From: Okamejei kenojei
Lineage: Eukaryota
Assembly: GCA_035221665.1 (NCBI GenBank)
Contig: CM069155.1
Span: 24,552,001 to 24,616,000, forward strand
Reading direction: 5' to 3'
Length of the DNA stretch: 64,000 nt
Shown in pieces: positions 12,368 through 24,601 of this stretch. The notes under the pieces were generated by a model that was not told the DNA's origin, made no database searches, and was given only the letters and a program-made list of their open reading frames with translations. Positions within the stretch are counted from its first letter, which is position 1; every line of letters starts with the position of its first letter. Position numbers and translations under genes: made by a program.

Positions 12368-15300
12368 TCAATTGGTGGGATGAAAGACACCCCTCTGATG
12401 CCACTGCATATCCCTAATACGTCTGACAGACTGGATCTGAGGCTGTTGGGCTCCAAATTCGCTATTGTCCTTGTATTCCTTCTTCTCCAGCAGATATTGG
12501 TAGCCTCTGTAGCCTGGGTACTGGTAACCAACCCATCTGAAAATAAAATGAAACATGGAAGAGGAATGCCACAAACTCTCAACTTCTCAATTGAAAGAGG
12601 TCCAACAGGCAGACCTCTAACCCCCAAGTCCAATACTGAACTAACTGATTTCAGCTGAGCTAACTAGAGATGGAAAACAACTAGTTGGGTGGCAACACTG
12701 TCCAGAAAGGAAATGGAAATATTAAATATAATTGAATGACCCTTCCATTCCACAAAGGGATTTAAACCTTTCGAGGCAAGAGTTTCAGATCAAGAAACAT
12801 ACTGAGTCATGTCTATTGTCTCAGGTGGTGGATCCCAAACTGTCATTGAAACATACTTTGGGACATTATGAAAGTAGCGATATAAATGCTAGCTCTTCCT
12901 TTTAATTAGCTTTTTTTTGTGGAGAGGAAGCACGAGGATCAAACAGTAAGAATGTCTCATGAAAGATGAATACTGTTATGGCCTTGTGATGAGGGTACAA
13001 TCTCAACCTGTTGTTTTGATTGATTATGGGGCACTGAGGTTTGGCTCGGCCTCTGTTGAGTTATTGTAATGTAAATTTCTCTGAGCCAAATGTTGTATTT
13101 TTTAATAATTTTGTGGATAAATCTTTAAGTGACAGATTAGGTTTAGGTCATATTCATGGCTTGAAGACAACGGGTCTAGACTTGTTCCTCTTACATTTGC
13201 AACAATTTATCCAAAAATATTGAAGCCATACTTTTCACTCCCAGCACCAATGTAATCCCTTGAAATTGCTCAGGACTTACATTTTGTCTTTCAAGTTGCC
13301 ACCTATTCAGTTTTGAAATGGATAGTATACATTTCAAGTGAGAATTTGATAATTTTAAAATGCAAACCCAATCCAAAAGTAATTTTAAGGTAGGAATAGA
13401 AATCTAATTTTATATTTCTCTTTTTCATGATTGGAGGCGTTAAGGATTTCAGAAAATCATCAAGCTGCGGTAAGCACTTGCATGGATAGGTCAATGATGG
13501 TCTGCGCTCCACAATGAGCTTGTCGTTGTAGAAATCTGGCAAAAGCCTTCACTGGGTCCATTGATGGAAGGAGGTCAAAAAGCAGCTGCAGCACCCATCA
13601 CTAGTACCCCACATTAAGAAAATAAGCATGTCTAATGGGAAGATTTTTAGCATGTCCCAGAGTCAGAAGATGTAAATAGAAAGCTTTTGTTTTCGAATAG
13701 ACTTCTCTCAGTACTCACGTTCCATTTAGAACACGAATGGATGACACTTTCTCCTGGTATCCGTGAGCATGGAAACTTGGTACATCATCATCAATGATTT
13801 CAATTTTCTTTCCAGTGAAGGTGGGGTTTTCATAAAGAATGATCTTGTGTTCATGCCCATCCTGTAAGTGCAATGACATAAAAAGATAAGTCCTCCTCCT
13901 CTCAAGTAGAACTTGATGTTGCATTTATGTTGCCGAGATGAAGCATGTAAATGAGAAATGGGATTGGGCCAAGGGTGGATCCCAGGGTAACTGTTGGAGA
14001 AAGAAGGAAAGCCATTGTAGGTGATCCACTACAATTGACTGGATGGACAACATGTAAGTGCCATCACACACAACTGAGGTGGTTGGTATTGGTTTATTGT
14101 TGTCATGTGTGCTGAGATATAGTGAAAAACTTTGTTTTGCATGTTGTCCAGCTAAATGACACCATACACGAGTACAATCAAGCCACACACAAGCACACAG
14201 ATAGGATAAAGAGAAAAATACCCAGGGTGCAGAATGTGGAGCTACAGCGTTATAGTGTCACAGCACCAGAGAAGGTGCAGATTAAAAAAAGAAAAAGTGC
14301 AATGATGTAATCAACTATGTCATAGGTTACACATAGTTATACGGATGGCTTATTAAAGCGCCATTAATATTGAATGTCAGCTGTAACCTACGTAAGGGTT
14401 CTCTTAAAGTGGCAGGGATAGAAATCTCATTCGAGGTTTCTGGGAAAGATGGCCAAAAAAAGGCAACACCATGGCTAGGGACTTTGGAACACAAAGGAAA
14501 ATTGAAGATGAGTGATAGCTTGAAAGAGATTATTTTTGGAGGGGAATCTTCAAAGAAAGAATTCATCTTCAGACTATCCAGCTTTGCTTTGCTCATTGAC
14601 CATCCTCAAATCAGAAACATCAAACTTTGTGAAATCTGGCATTGGGACCAAACATAATTAGTAACATAGCAAACAGATCTGTCCTGATACAAAATATTAC
14701 AATTAAGAAGTAAGTGTTGTGTCTCAATCATAGACAGAATGTCTGAAGCATTTACTTAGCTCAAGAGAACTCAATTCTAAATTAACAGAATCTGAAGAAT
14801 ATATTCATAAGAGAACAGTTATTGATTCCACTAAAAAATGGCTGTAATTGTTCCTATACAAGGTGCTTTGAGAATAACTGCTTCATTACATAATGGTATG
14901 AATCTTCTTTTTTTTTTTAAGTGGACTGATGGTTAAAGTTCTACTCACTAATAATTTACTGAAGTTTCAGGCTTACTGATATTATCATATCTAACTTGTT
15001 TTATATGTGTTGGGGGGTCCAGCCTCCATTTCAAGACTATCACAACTTAATTTTATGCATTGCTGTGGACTTATTTTTTTGTTCCTAAATGTGTTTTGTA
15101 CTTATGTCTTGCTTTTGCACATTCCTTTCTTCTTTTTTACTGTCTTGAAGAAGTGACGTGTCATTTTGGTACCTTTTTTTTTTGGCATGTTTGTCTGAGA
15201 CTATGTGCCCAATCTGCAAGCAGGATTTTCATCGTACCTATATCTCGCCATGCCTGTGCGTATGACCTACCTTGGTTATAGAAACTTTGTTTAATAACAA

Positions 15301-17708
15301 ATAGTAAAAGATAGTACAAAAAGGTTGTCACTCTGGATAGTCATTAAGAAAGCCTGATGGCCAAATTAGCAAATCTTTCTCTTCATATTGTTAAGAACTA
15401 CGTATCAAAAGATATCCTGCTCCAGGTTGTGATCTTATCCAGACATTAATCAAGTTTGAGAACTTGATCCATTTTTTCTCTCTCTGTTGAAGGAATAAGT
15501 TAGGGTTATCAGTCTTCATGTCAGCCTAATGACTCATGTTGGAAAATTGGCATGTGGATACTCATTGAGGATAGGGTAAGTTTGACTTTAATGTCCCAAA
15601 AATCAAATAGCTGTTTATCTCACACAGGAGGAGCAGTTACAATGTTTGGGTGAAACACAGAATAAGAGTTGTCAACTGTGAGATTTTCTCCACTAACACA
15701 TAGAAAAAGAGAGAGGAAATTGAAAATAAAAATTGAGAAATTACCATCAAATGATCAGCATGCATTCTGAATATCAAAGCTTCAAAATTTCAATTTAATA
15801 TTTTCCATATTCTCAGCACACAAGCATCTTCTACCTGGAATTGTTGATTACTGATTGGAATCAAGTCTCTTTCCTAAACAATTTGTTAGGTCCCTATCTG
15901 ACAAGTACCAAGAACAATTCTATCAGCTCCCCTGCTGTCTTGGTTGAGATCAGCTAACTCAGCATGGACAGCCGGGCCTGCAACTTTCCCTATTGATAAG
16001 ACTTTAGTAAACCATTTGGACATTTAAATAGTCCTGCATTTTTGCTGCTCTTATGATGTTTGGTTAGTTAGCTGTGTGATCAATACCAACGTACCAGTTT
16101 CACAGGCTTGAAGGAACCAATGTTGTCACTTCGGCGACTGTTTGTCCATGTGTCCCAGCGAGGATATTCTCCTTTCTCAAACACAAACTGTTCACCCTTG
16201 CAGCCAGCCTGTTCATAGCCAATCCATCTGAAAATAAAATAAACAATGTTTGGTTTTGGACAGTAATAACTGTTACCCTCTCATAACAAAAATATTTATT
16301 GGTTGGAGTGATCTAATGTTGCTCATTAGTTGCAGAGACCAGATTTTTATTTGTTCAAATGAATCTCCAAGCATGATAAGTCGTATATCTATTTCCTCAA
16401 TTGGACATTTGGTCGATGACTGACTCAGTCATGAAAATAATACTCAAGATAGGAGGTGATTTTTAACTTGCCTCGTATTGATTGGGAAACACATTGTGCA
16501 AATGGGATGGGTGCCATTCCTGAGTATGCCCAGGAATGTTTTCATCAACAATAAATAGAAGGCCCTCCCAGTGTGGGCAAAATATTGGATCTCCTATTGT
16601 GGAATAAGGCAAGTGTTTGAAGCTTTGTTAGGGAAACACATTAGGACAAGTGACCATAATTGCATTAGTTTAAAAATAGTCGTGGAAAAGATAGGACTGG
16701 ACCACTTTTGAAAGTCCTAAATTGGAGCAAGGCCAATGTTGAACGTATAGGACAGGAACCTGCAGAGGTTGATTGGGGGGATGCTGTTTACAGGTAAAGG
16801 GATATTTGGCAAATGGGAGGCATTTAAAGATGAGATTAGGAGAGTCCATGGGCAGCATGCTTCTATTAGAGTGAAGGGCAAGGCTGGCAGGAGTAGGGAA
16901 CTGTATTAGGGTTAACAGTTCGGCAAATGTCAGGTATTGGCAGCTGGGATCAAGCGAATCCCTTGAGGAATACAAGAAACGTATACACAAGTGGGTGTAT
17001 GCTTGATTGGGAAATCAGCAGGACAAATAGAGGACATGAGGTAGATCTGGCAGTCAAGGTAAAGGAAATTTGTTTTACTGATTTTACAGGGTATACCTGG
17101 TCAGCTTGGATGGGTTAGGCTGAGTGCCTTGCTCCATGCTCTATGACACTCTATGAAAGACATGAACACCACACAGGTGAGGAGGCATATGTAGAAAGGC
17201 ATTTTTATTTCTATTCCGGGTTCCCAGAATCTACAGTTTGTTTTAAATTTCAATAGACTGCAATAAACATTCATCCTGAAAATAGGAGCATAAAGTGCTC
17301 AAAGTGATTAGTTGCAGATTCTGCAGAATTCCATGTAATACTTACGGTCCACAGTGCACCACAAGGGAACCAACTTTTCCCAATCCGGCTTCTTTCAAAT
17401 TGGGGCAGGGACCATTCAACTCATGAAAACGACCCTGGAAGTTTTCTTGCTCAAACAGGACAATCTGAAACAGTGTCATAAAATGAGATTCTGCTGACTT
17501 AGCCATTATTGCAAATAAGAAATCGAGAAAACAATGAATTTTGAATTGATAATCCCGTGGTTTAGGGAGTATCATCCCCTTGTTTTAATTGAATCAGAAT
17601 TCAAGCTTTATTGATCGATAGTTCTGAATGAAGACAGCAAGAACTAACCTTATGGGCAGCGGTTGATGTGGGGTGCTGCTTGGGCATTGGGTTCTGTTCA
17701 GATGCCAT
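12368..17708 (-). CDS. CRYBB2: Beta-crystallin B2, 207 aa; coding exons 17649-17708, 17346-17464, 16095-16227, 13719-13861, 12368-12536
   Basis: Spliced translation: [20 protein letters not shown]|[40 protein letters not shown]|[44 protein letters not shown]|[48 protein letters not shown]|[55 protein letters not shown]. One Greek-key motif per exon (119/133/143/169 nt), all introns GT-AG, total 624 nt in frame. [14 protein letters not shown] and the WHQRGxFHPxN C-terminus are characteristic of betaB2. Confidence 0.97.
16490..17150 (+). mobile_element. CR1 internal fragment in CRYBB2 intron 3
   Basis: Decayed CR1 ORF2 endonuclease/tether-like sequence (ttggatctcctatt...agtgaccataat) with a CR1-like tail. 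Confidence 0.6.
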
Positions 17709-17780
17709 TGTTGCAGAGAGGGTGTTTCTGTAAAACCCTAACAGAGGACACAGATAACAGAGGATTTCTGTAACATTTCT

Positions 17781-17990
17781 GTTTAATCCTGAGAACAAGT
17801 CTTATTCAACTGTTTTGTGGGCATAGCTGGCAAATGAATAACTACATGTCAGTGATTTGCAGCATGAAATGATTAAATTCTGCCCTCTCAGAATTTAACT
17901 ACTTTATGCTGCAAATTACTGATATTTAGTTATTCATTTGCCAGCTATGCCCACAAAACAGTTGAATAAGACTTGTTCTCAAGATTAAAC
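17781..17990. repeat. Inverted repeat: two 102-bp arms (17781-17882 and 17889-17990) with a 6-nt loop
   Basis: Manual alignment gives 94/102 identity, including a 54-bp perfect block. Confidence 0.95.
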
Positions 17991-19679
17991 CATGCTATTC
18001 ATTTATTTCTACCTTAATTTGTCACAAAAACTTAATGTAACGTAATACAACTTGAAATTAATGTGTCCATTGCCAAAAAATAATATAATCTGCCATATAG
18101 CACATACCCGAGATTCTGAGTTTCCATTACTGAAATAGCACTCTAACTGTGAGAACAAGAACTTGTTGAGAGTCTCACCAATTCTACCATCAAAATTTGC
18201 TTTTGCATATATTTAGACAATAGTATGCAACTATCTTACCGATTTCACAATATTCCAAGAAAAAAATCATGGGCTAACATCTACAGGCATTTTTTTTTTA
18301 TTGTGACATCTGCAGTTTTTTACTCAATGGGTGCGCAACTCACCAAATTATAAGCTCCCTGAAACCATCTGAAGTTACAACAGAATCGCATATAAATATC
18401 ACACATTTCTCTCTCTATCTCACTCTGTCTCTCTTTAGCAATTTCACAATCTCCCTTAACATATATAACCATGTTGGGCAGTTTTCTGTAATGTTCTATC
18501 ATTCTCTGTTTTTCTTTAAATCACATGAATCTCTATCATTCTTTATGTGAACCTCATAGGATTCCGGGCTATAATTTACTATCTTGTATCTGCTCTTTGC
18601 TGAAACAGTCCATTTGTTACTCTCGTAGTATCGATTAGTTTCTGGTAATTTTATAAATGTAGATTTTGTTTTACATTTTGTGAGTTTGGTCTAACAACAC
18701 TGGCTGTTTTGAACTTTGTACATAAAAAGTAAATCTCATCATTTAAATTATCCATTAAAATAATGCTTTGTTCCCCAAACCTCAATTAATCCACTTCCAT
18801 TATGTAGTATAGAACTTCAACTGGAATGGGCAAATACACAGGACAGAGGTTGGTGATCCCTCCATAAATGATCCATTTCCGACACGACTCGGTAGTGCAA
18901 TTGAATATTTTTCAATTGTCTGGATGGATGCAGTCTCAACAACACTCAAGAAACGTAATACCATTCAGGATGCAACACCAGACTTAATTGGGTAGACTAT
19001 TACCAATTAAAACATTCATACCCTTAAAACTTGACGTACAGTGGCTGTGGTGTATACAATTTACAAAAGGCATTGCAGCTACGTGTATGTGCTATGTGTA
19101 TAGGCTATGTGTAAAGCACTTCACAAATCTGCAACCTCCACCTCCAGACACCTGGGAACATCAGCACCTTAGGTTGCACTCCGAATCACATAGCAACCCT
19201 GAAATTCCATCCCTTTGTTGTTGCTGGGTGTAAATCCTACAACACCCTGCCCTGTGGGACAGTGGCCCTGCAGGACTGCATACGCTGAGGAAGATGCATA
19301 CGCTTGAGAAGCCTCATCACATTCTCAAGGGCATTCAGCATTGGGCAATAAATGCTAGCTTTGCCTGAAAATGTATAACGTTAGGGGGAAAAAACAAATT
19401 CTTTGGTATTCATGATTGGTTATAGAATATTAACTAGTTAACAACAAACCACAATTTCATATTCAATGCATCTCACACTATTCGCACATTTCCAAAACTG
19501 CCCATTACAGTTTACCACATTCTACTAAATAGCAATTTCCCTTGCATAGCCTTTAGCAGAAAATAATATAAATCGACAGATGTAGAAAAAGAAAGAAGCA
19601 CCAGTTGCCTGGATAACATATTTTGATTCCAGCTATTTTATAAAAGTTTAGAATTGTCTGATGATGTAAACGCTCTTAC

Positions 19680-19855
19680 CAGTACCCAGTCGTGTCTGTG
19701 CCGAATAGCATTCTGCCTGCTAATTTATACTGAACTCAAATAGAACCATGCCAAAAATATTTGTTAAATAGTCAGAGTGGACTTGTGAATAGATGGATTG
19801 GGATTAATGCTAAATAAAGCAAAACTTTTAATGACGTGCAGGGTGCATTGTTTTG
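19680..19855 (-). promoter_or_regulatory. CRYBB2: Probable CRYBB2 promoter and short non-coding exon 1 (about 19680-19700)
   Basis: TATAAA on the minus strand at 19724-19729; donor CTG|GTAAGA at 19680/19679; exon 2 has an acceptor (ttttacag) at 17728 and 19 nt of 5' UTR; MARE-spaced TGC-N8-GCA at 19808-19821; SOX motif CATTGTT at 19846-19852. Confidence 0.7.
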
Positions 19856-20527
19856 CAGAATACAAGGAGTGGAGAATTATTTCATTAGCTTTCAGATTCA
19901 CTGGATGCCTGCATTGTTTGGGTTCAGAGCAGAGAGATTTGAAGAGTGCTTGCATCAACTCTATTTGTGCCAACAACTATGAGCATGACCTTACAGACAA
20001 AGCGCACATCAGCCCTACTCCAGTGATTTTTGAGCCAGACTCCTGTTTCCCCATCAGAACTAGAACTCCAGTGCAGTTCTGGAAAAAAATTGAATCAAGT
20101 TAATAGATAGAGAGAAATATGCTAAATGTTGTGGCATGGTAATGGTATGGCATGGTGATTTTGAACTTAAAAACTCCTAGGTGAGCAATGCTACCGATGA
20201 AAATTAGTCTGTTGCTGTAATTGGAGTCATAGAATCATACAGCACAGAAATGGATTCTTCAGCCCAACTCATCCATGCTGACCAATATACCCCATCTAGG
20301 CTGGTCTCATTTGCCTGAACCTGACCCATATTCTTCCAAATGTTTCCTCTCCGTGCATCTGTTCAATTCAATATTAATGTCACGTACACATTTTCCTGAA
20401 ATAATATATAATAATAGCAGTGGCAATTTGTTTCTTTCAATTTATTTCTCCTTTGTTGAGAATGATATTTAAGAACACAAGAAATAGAATCAGGAGTAGG
20501 CCATTATCAAGCATGCTAACAGTTGAT

Positions 20528-20692
20528 AGACACAAAAAGCTGGAGGAACTCAGCGTGACAGGCAGCATCTCTGGAGAGAAGGAATGGGTGACGTTTCGGG
20601 TCAAGACCCTTCTTCAGAATGAGTCTGTCCGCTGAGTTACTCTAGCTTTTTGTGTCTTCGGTTTAAACCAGCATCTGCAGTTCCTTCTTACA
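20528..20692 (-). mobile_element. Fold-back Penelope derivative with intact hammerhead core (20590-20617, minus strand)
   Basis: 16-bp TSD CATGCTAACAGTTGAT (20512-20527 and 20693-20708); minus strand reads CTGAAGA-A-GGGTCTTGACCC-GAAACGTC. Confidence 0.85.
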
Positions 20693-21302
20693 CATGCTAA
20701 CAGTTGATTCTGTATTTCAATTCCAATTGCCTACCAACTCCTAAATCCTATGGTTCCCTGGTTGTCCAAAAATCCATCAGTCTCTATCTTGAATATCCTT
20801 GGTGGCTGAGCATCCATACTCCACTGAAAGAAATGTCGCCTCTTCTCCCCAATTCTAGGATTATCCTACCCATTTGAGGACACCAGCTCCTACACCTACT
20901 ATGTCAGGTCTCGCCAGAATCATGCACACATCGGATAATACCTTTCATGCATGCCTCCAGACAGTGTAGGTCAATCTGACTGAGTATCTCCTCTTCGACC
21001 AATCCAAGACAGTCTATTAAATCTATGATGCATTGCCTCCCAAGGCAAGTATATCCTCCATTAGATGAGAAGACTAACACTGCATTGGAGCCTTGAATCT
21101 CTGCTAGCCCCACTTGCTTTTGCCTTCTTTATCCCTTGCAATAAATGTTAACATGCCATTTCCTTTGCCACTGCTGTACCTGCATTCTAACATACCATAC
21201 CTCAAATGTCATCAGATCTCATCCCTCTACACAACAATATTTCTTATTTATCAGTGTTTTTATGATTTTCCTGCCCCCCCCCCCCCCCCACCCACCTTGA
21301 CC

Positions 21303-21752
21303 GCTGAGTTCCGGGATGGCGGGACTGTCATATGTTGAAAGAATGGAGCGACAGGGCTTGTATACTCTGGAATTTAGATCTTATTGCAACATGTATGATT
21401 ATTAAGGGTTTCGGACACGCTAGAGGCAGGAAACATGTTCCCGATGTTGGGGGAGTCCAGAACCAGGGGCCACAGTTTAAGAATAAGGGGTAAGCCATTT
21501 AGAATGGAGGTGAGAAAAAACTTTTTCAAACAGAGGGTTGTGAATCTGTGGAATTCTCTGCCTCAGAAGGCAGTGAAGGCCAATTCTCTGGATGCTTTCA
21601 AGAAAGAGTTAAATAGAGCTCTTAAAGAAAGTGGAGTCAGGGGATATGGGGAGAAGGCAGGAACGGAGTACTGGATGATCAGCCATGATCGCACTAAATG
21701 GCGGTGCTGGCTTGAAGGTTCCGAATGGCCTATTCCTGCACCTATTGTCTAT
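21303..21752 (+). mobile_element. CR1 3' end
   Basis: MFPMLGESRTRGHSLRIRG...QRVVNLWNSLP followed by the tail. Confidence 0.88.
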
Positions 21753-22019
21753 TGACCCACAGGCTCACTCCCTTCCCCTGCTGCCTTCATCCATCATATT
21801 TACTTCCTCCACGAGTCGTGTTGCACTGCAGCAATTTGTCAAGGCTTCCTTGACAGGACTTCCTCAAACTTGTAACCTTTCCCAAATAGAAAGAAAAGGG
21901 AAGTCAGAGCCAAGGTTGCCAAATCTGAAAATGTCCTTTCAATCAGAATTAGAGACTGATATAAACTGTCACTGTTTTCGTAATTGAATCAAAATCCTGG
22001 AACTTCCTGCCTTATAGCA

Positions 22020-22266
22020 CCAGCCTGACAGGGACCACAGTTGGTCTGTACAGGAAGCAATGATGAAACAGTGAAACTATGGGACGTTCAGAAGAAGGCT
22101 GTAATCATAAAACACGTACCAAGTATTGGCAGCAACGTTTCATGGCAGGTGATAAGATTATCTCTGGTAGTATTACTGACGACATTAAGGTTGGGACCTC
22201 TGACAAAACAAGTTAATTTATACCATGCGTGGTCATAGAGACTCGGTGAGTGGTTTGATCCTGAGT
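22020..22266 (+). pseudogene. SNRNP40: Intronless decayed fragment of SNRNP40 (U5 snRNP 40 kDa WD40 protein) inside an ERV remnant
   Basis: With frameshifts it reads PA*QGPQLVCTGSNDETVKLWDVQKKAVI/NTYQVLAATFH/GDKIISGSITDDIK/WDL*QNKLIYTMRGHRDSVSGLILS. Recalled vertebrate SNRNP40: PARRGPQLVCTGSDDGTVKLWDIRKKAAIQTFQNTYQVLAVTFNDTSDQIISGGIDNDIKVWDLRQNKLTYTMRGHADSVTGLSLS. Both stops fit CGA>TGA CpG decay. Confidence 0.85.
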
Positions 22267-22278
22267 GGGGTAAAATAG

Positions 22279-23100
22279 AACATCATTGACCTCGCTGACA
22301 ACATCCAGGAAGCCATGAGGAAGATTTGAAGGGTCGGAGAACAGTACCACAACTACAATCCCCGAGGAGGGTGGTGGCCTTTGGGGATGTTTGGAGGTTG
22401 GGGACAACAGTGGTGCACTGGGGACTGACCATTGGGACAATCTTGTTGGCCATATTACTGCGTTGTATGTGCGGGTTGGCATCATGAACGTGTGAACTTT
22501 ACTACAGCCTGTGGGCCGGATGTAATGAGATAAAGCCTGTGGGCCGGATGTGACGGTAACCAGACTGTTCGAGGGGTGGAATGTTATACGAGAATTTTCC
22601 CGAACTGTCTGTGACCCATAGTGCTGTAGCCATAGCGCTATGTTTAAAGCCAATAGCGCTGTAGCCGGTAGCGCTATATTTAGAACCCTTAGCGCTGCAG
22701 CCGACAGCTCTTTGTTTAAATTTCCACACCTTAAGCCGGCGTGTTTAAACTTTTGTGCGCCAAACCAGCAGTGCTGTACTACCTGCTAAAGAGAGACTTG
22801 TGCTGCTATAAAACGGACCCTGCGCATGCCAAGACGAGTATTATTTTTGTTCTCTCTCTTACCAATAAATCTGATGTGTTCATGTACGAGAAGGTTCACC
22901 AACGGGCTGAGTCGCGATCAGCACCACCGACGGAGGCAGAGAGAGAGAGGTGTGCTGCTATAAAACTGGACCCCGCGCATACCGAGACAAGTATTGCTTT
23001 TGGCTTCTCTTGTCATTAAAACTGATTTGTAACTAAATGGACGAGAGTGCCTTTTTTCCTGTTCTACTAGTCAGATCCTTGAACCTGTTCCCTTGTAACA
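22279..23100 (+). mobile_element. Endogenous retrovirus 3' end: env TM stub (22279-22487), polypurine tract (22571-22581), 3' LTR (22582-23100)
   Basis: Stub reads NIIDLADNIQEAMRKI*RVGEQYHNYNPRGGWWPLGMFGGWGQQ/VHWGLTIGTILLAILLRCMC (helix, Trp-rich segment, hydrophobic anchor). GAGGGGTGGAA lies immediately before TGTTATA...TGTAACA termini. TATAAAA and AATAAA/ATTAAA occur inside the LTR. Confidence 0.8.
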
Positions 23101-23104
23101 GAGG

Positions 23105-23620
23105 TCAAATGTAAGCTGGAAAAAAACCCAATTAATGGCATGTCGCTTATGAGCATTGATGTACTGAGGGATCTTGGGATCCAAGTCTATAACTCACTTA
23201 AAGTAGCATACAAGTAGATAGAATGGGAAAGAAGGCAAGAATGGTATGCTTGCTTTCATAGATCAATCTCCCGGTTGCTAACCATTTTAATTCTTCCCAT
23301 TCCCGTGCTAACCTCTCTGTCCTGTGCCGCCTCTATTGCCACAAAAAAAAATTGGAGGAACAATATCTCATATTCCACTTTGGTAATGTACAGTCCAATG
23401 AACATTGAATTCTCCAATTTTAGATAACCTCAAAACACCCCACCCTCCCCCTTCTTTTCCCACTCCCCATTTCTTTTCTCCCCATGGCCCATCTCGACTC
23501 CCACCTATTTCTCCTCTTCCTCTTCCACCTACATTCCTTCCTCCAGCTTCACAATTCATAACTTTTCAATTATTTTTTCTCGCACCTGTCTGTTCATCTC
23601 TGGCCTTTGTCCAACCAGCT
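23105..23620 (+). mobile_element. Adjacent CR1 fragment (about 23105-23260) and Penelope fragment (about 23265-23620)
   Basis: gatcttgggatccaagt CR1 motif; ttggaggaacaatatctcatattc Penelope endonuclease C-terminus. Confidence 0.6.
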
Positions 23621-24464
23621 GGTGGTTATAAAATATAGATTGTTAAATGACCAATTTTCAATTCATTCAGGCTTTTCATTTCATTCAGATCACTTCCGGC
23701 ACTATGGATTCTGTGGGTTCAAGGTCAAGTCTTTTCTTTGGAACATTTTATTGTTCACAGTCAAAGGAGGATTTGTTTCCCCCTATTATGAGACATGTTT
23801 ATCTCACATTTATCAGTGTGAAACTCTGTTCATCTATTTGCATGCTATCAAATGTCTTTTGAAATAAAGGATTTTCAAGACTTTGGCACTTGCTTTACAG
23901 CCAGGTGTTTGTGGTGTTTAGGAATAATTTGCACCTTCATTTGACATTCTATTGTGGTTATAAGGCTAATCTTACAGTTCATAAAATGTGGCAATGGAAT
24001 TTTTTTCATGGCAATTAAAATATAGAATTCAAGTTATGCATCTGCTCTACTGAAAGCTCAATGAAAAGAGGTCCAGTTTATTGCCTTTCGGCTGCCCTTG
24101 AATGTCTTGTCCACGCGATCACCTCTGATGTGGCTCATTTTGATTGACTCAATCAATGCCCTGTGAAGTGTGTCACTTGCTTTAATGCTCAAATGAACTA
24201 CAGTGTTCAAGATGGCAGCGCACTGCTAGCTTCCCGAGGACTAACAACAGGCAATAATACCCAGAATTCAATAATAGAGGTCTTGATCTGTGACCCATTT
24301 TAAAAGAGAATTATTACCAGCCTGACCACATACATAGACTTCATAGTCAGGTTCAGAGCAGGAACTTTGACTAATATTTTCACCTTTCTAGGGTTAGTGA
24401 ACTTTTACTTTTTTTATTAAAGAGGAAAAGAAATATGCATGAAACGATTCCTGTCAGTCACCAT

Positions 24465-24470
24465 TTTATT
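24465..24470 (-). terminator. CRYBB3 polyadenylation signal AATAAA
   Basis: TTTATT on the + strand about 130 nt past the stop codon. Confidence 0.6.
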
Positions 24471-24601
24471 TTCAGTCGCATTATTTTTCCAGGATTGAAA
24501 GGCAGCATGCTTGCAGGCAGGACCCTATTCTATTTTATCTTCCTCCTCTTTGCATGAATCCTTGCCTTGACCTCCTGCCGCAGATCCTGTTCATGTCTCC
24601 T

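Noticed and set aside
22100-23100. 1-kb solo LTR starting at TGTAAT 22100
   Set aside because: That TG lies inside the SNRNP40-like sequence; the PPT places the LTR start at 22582
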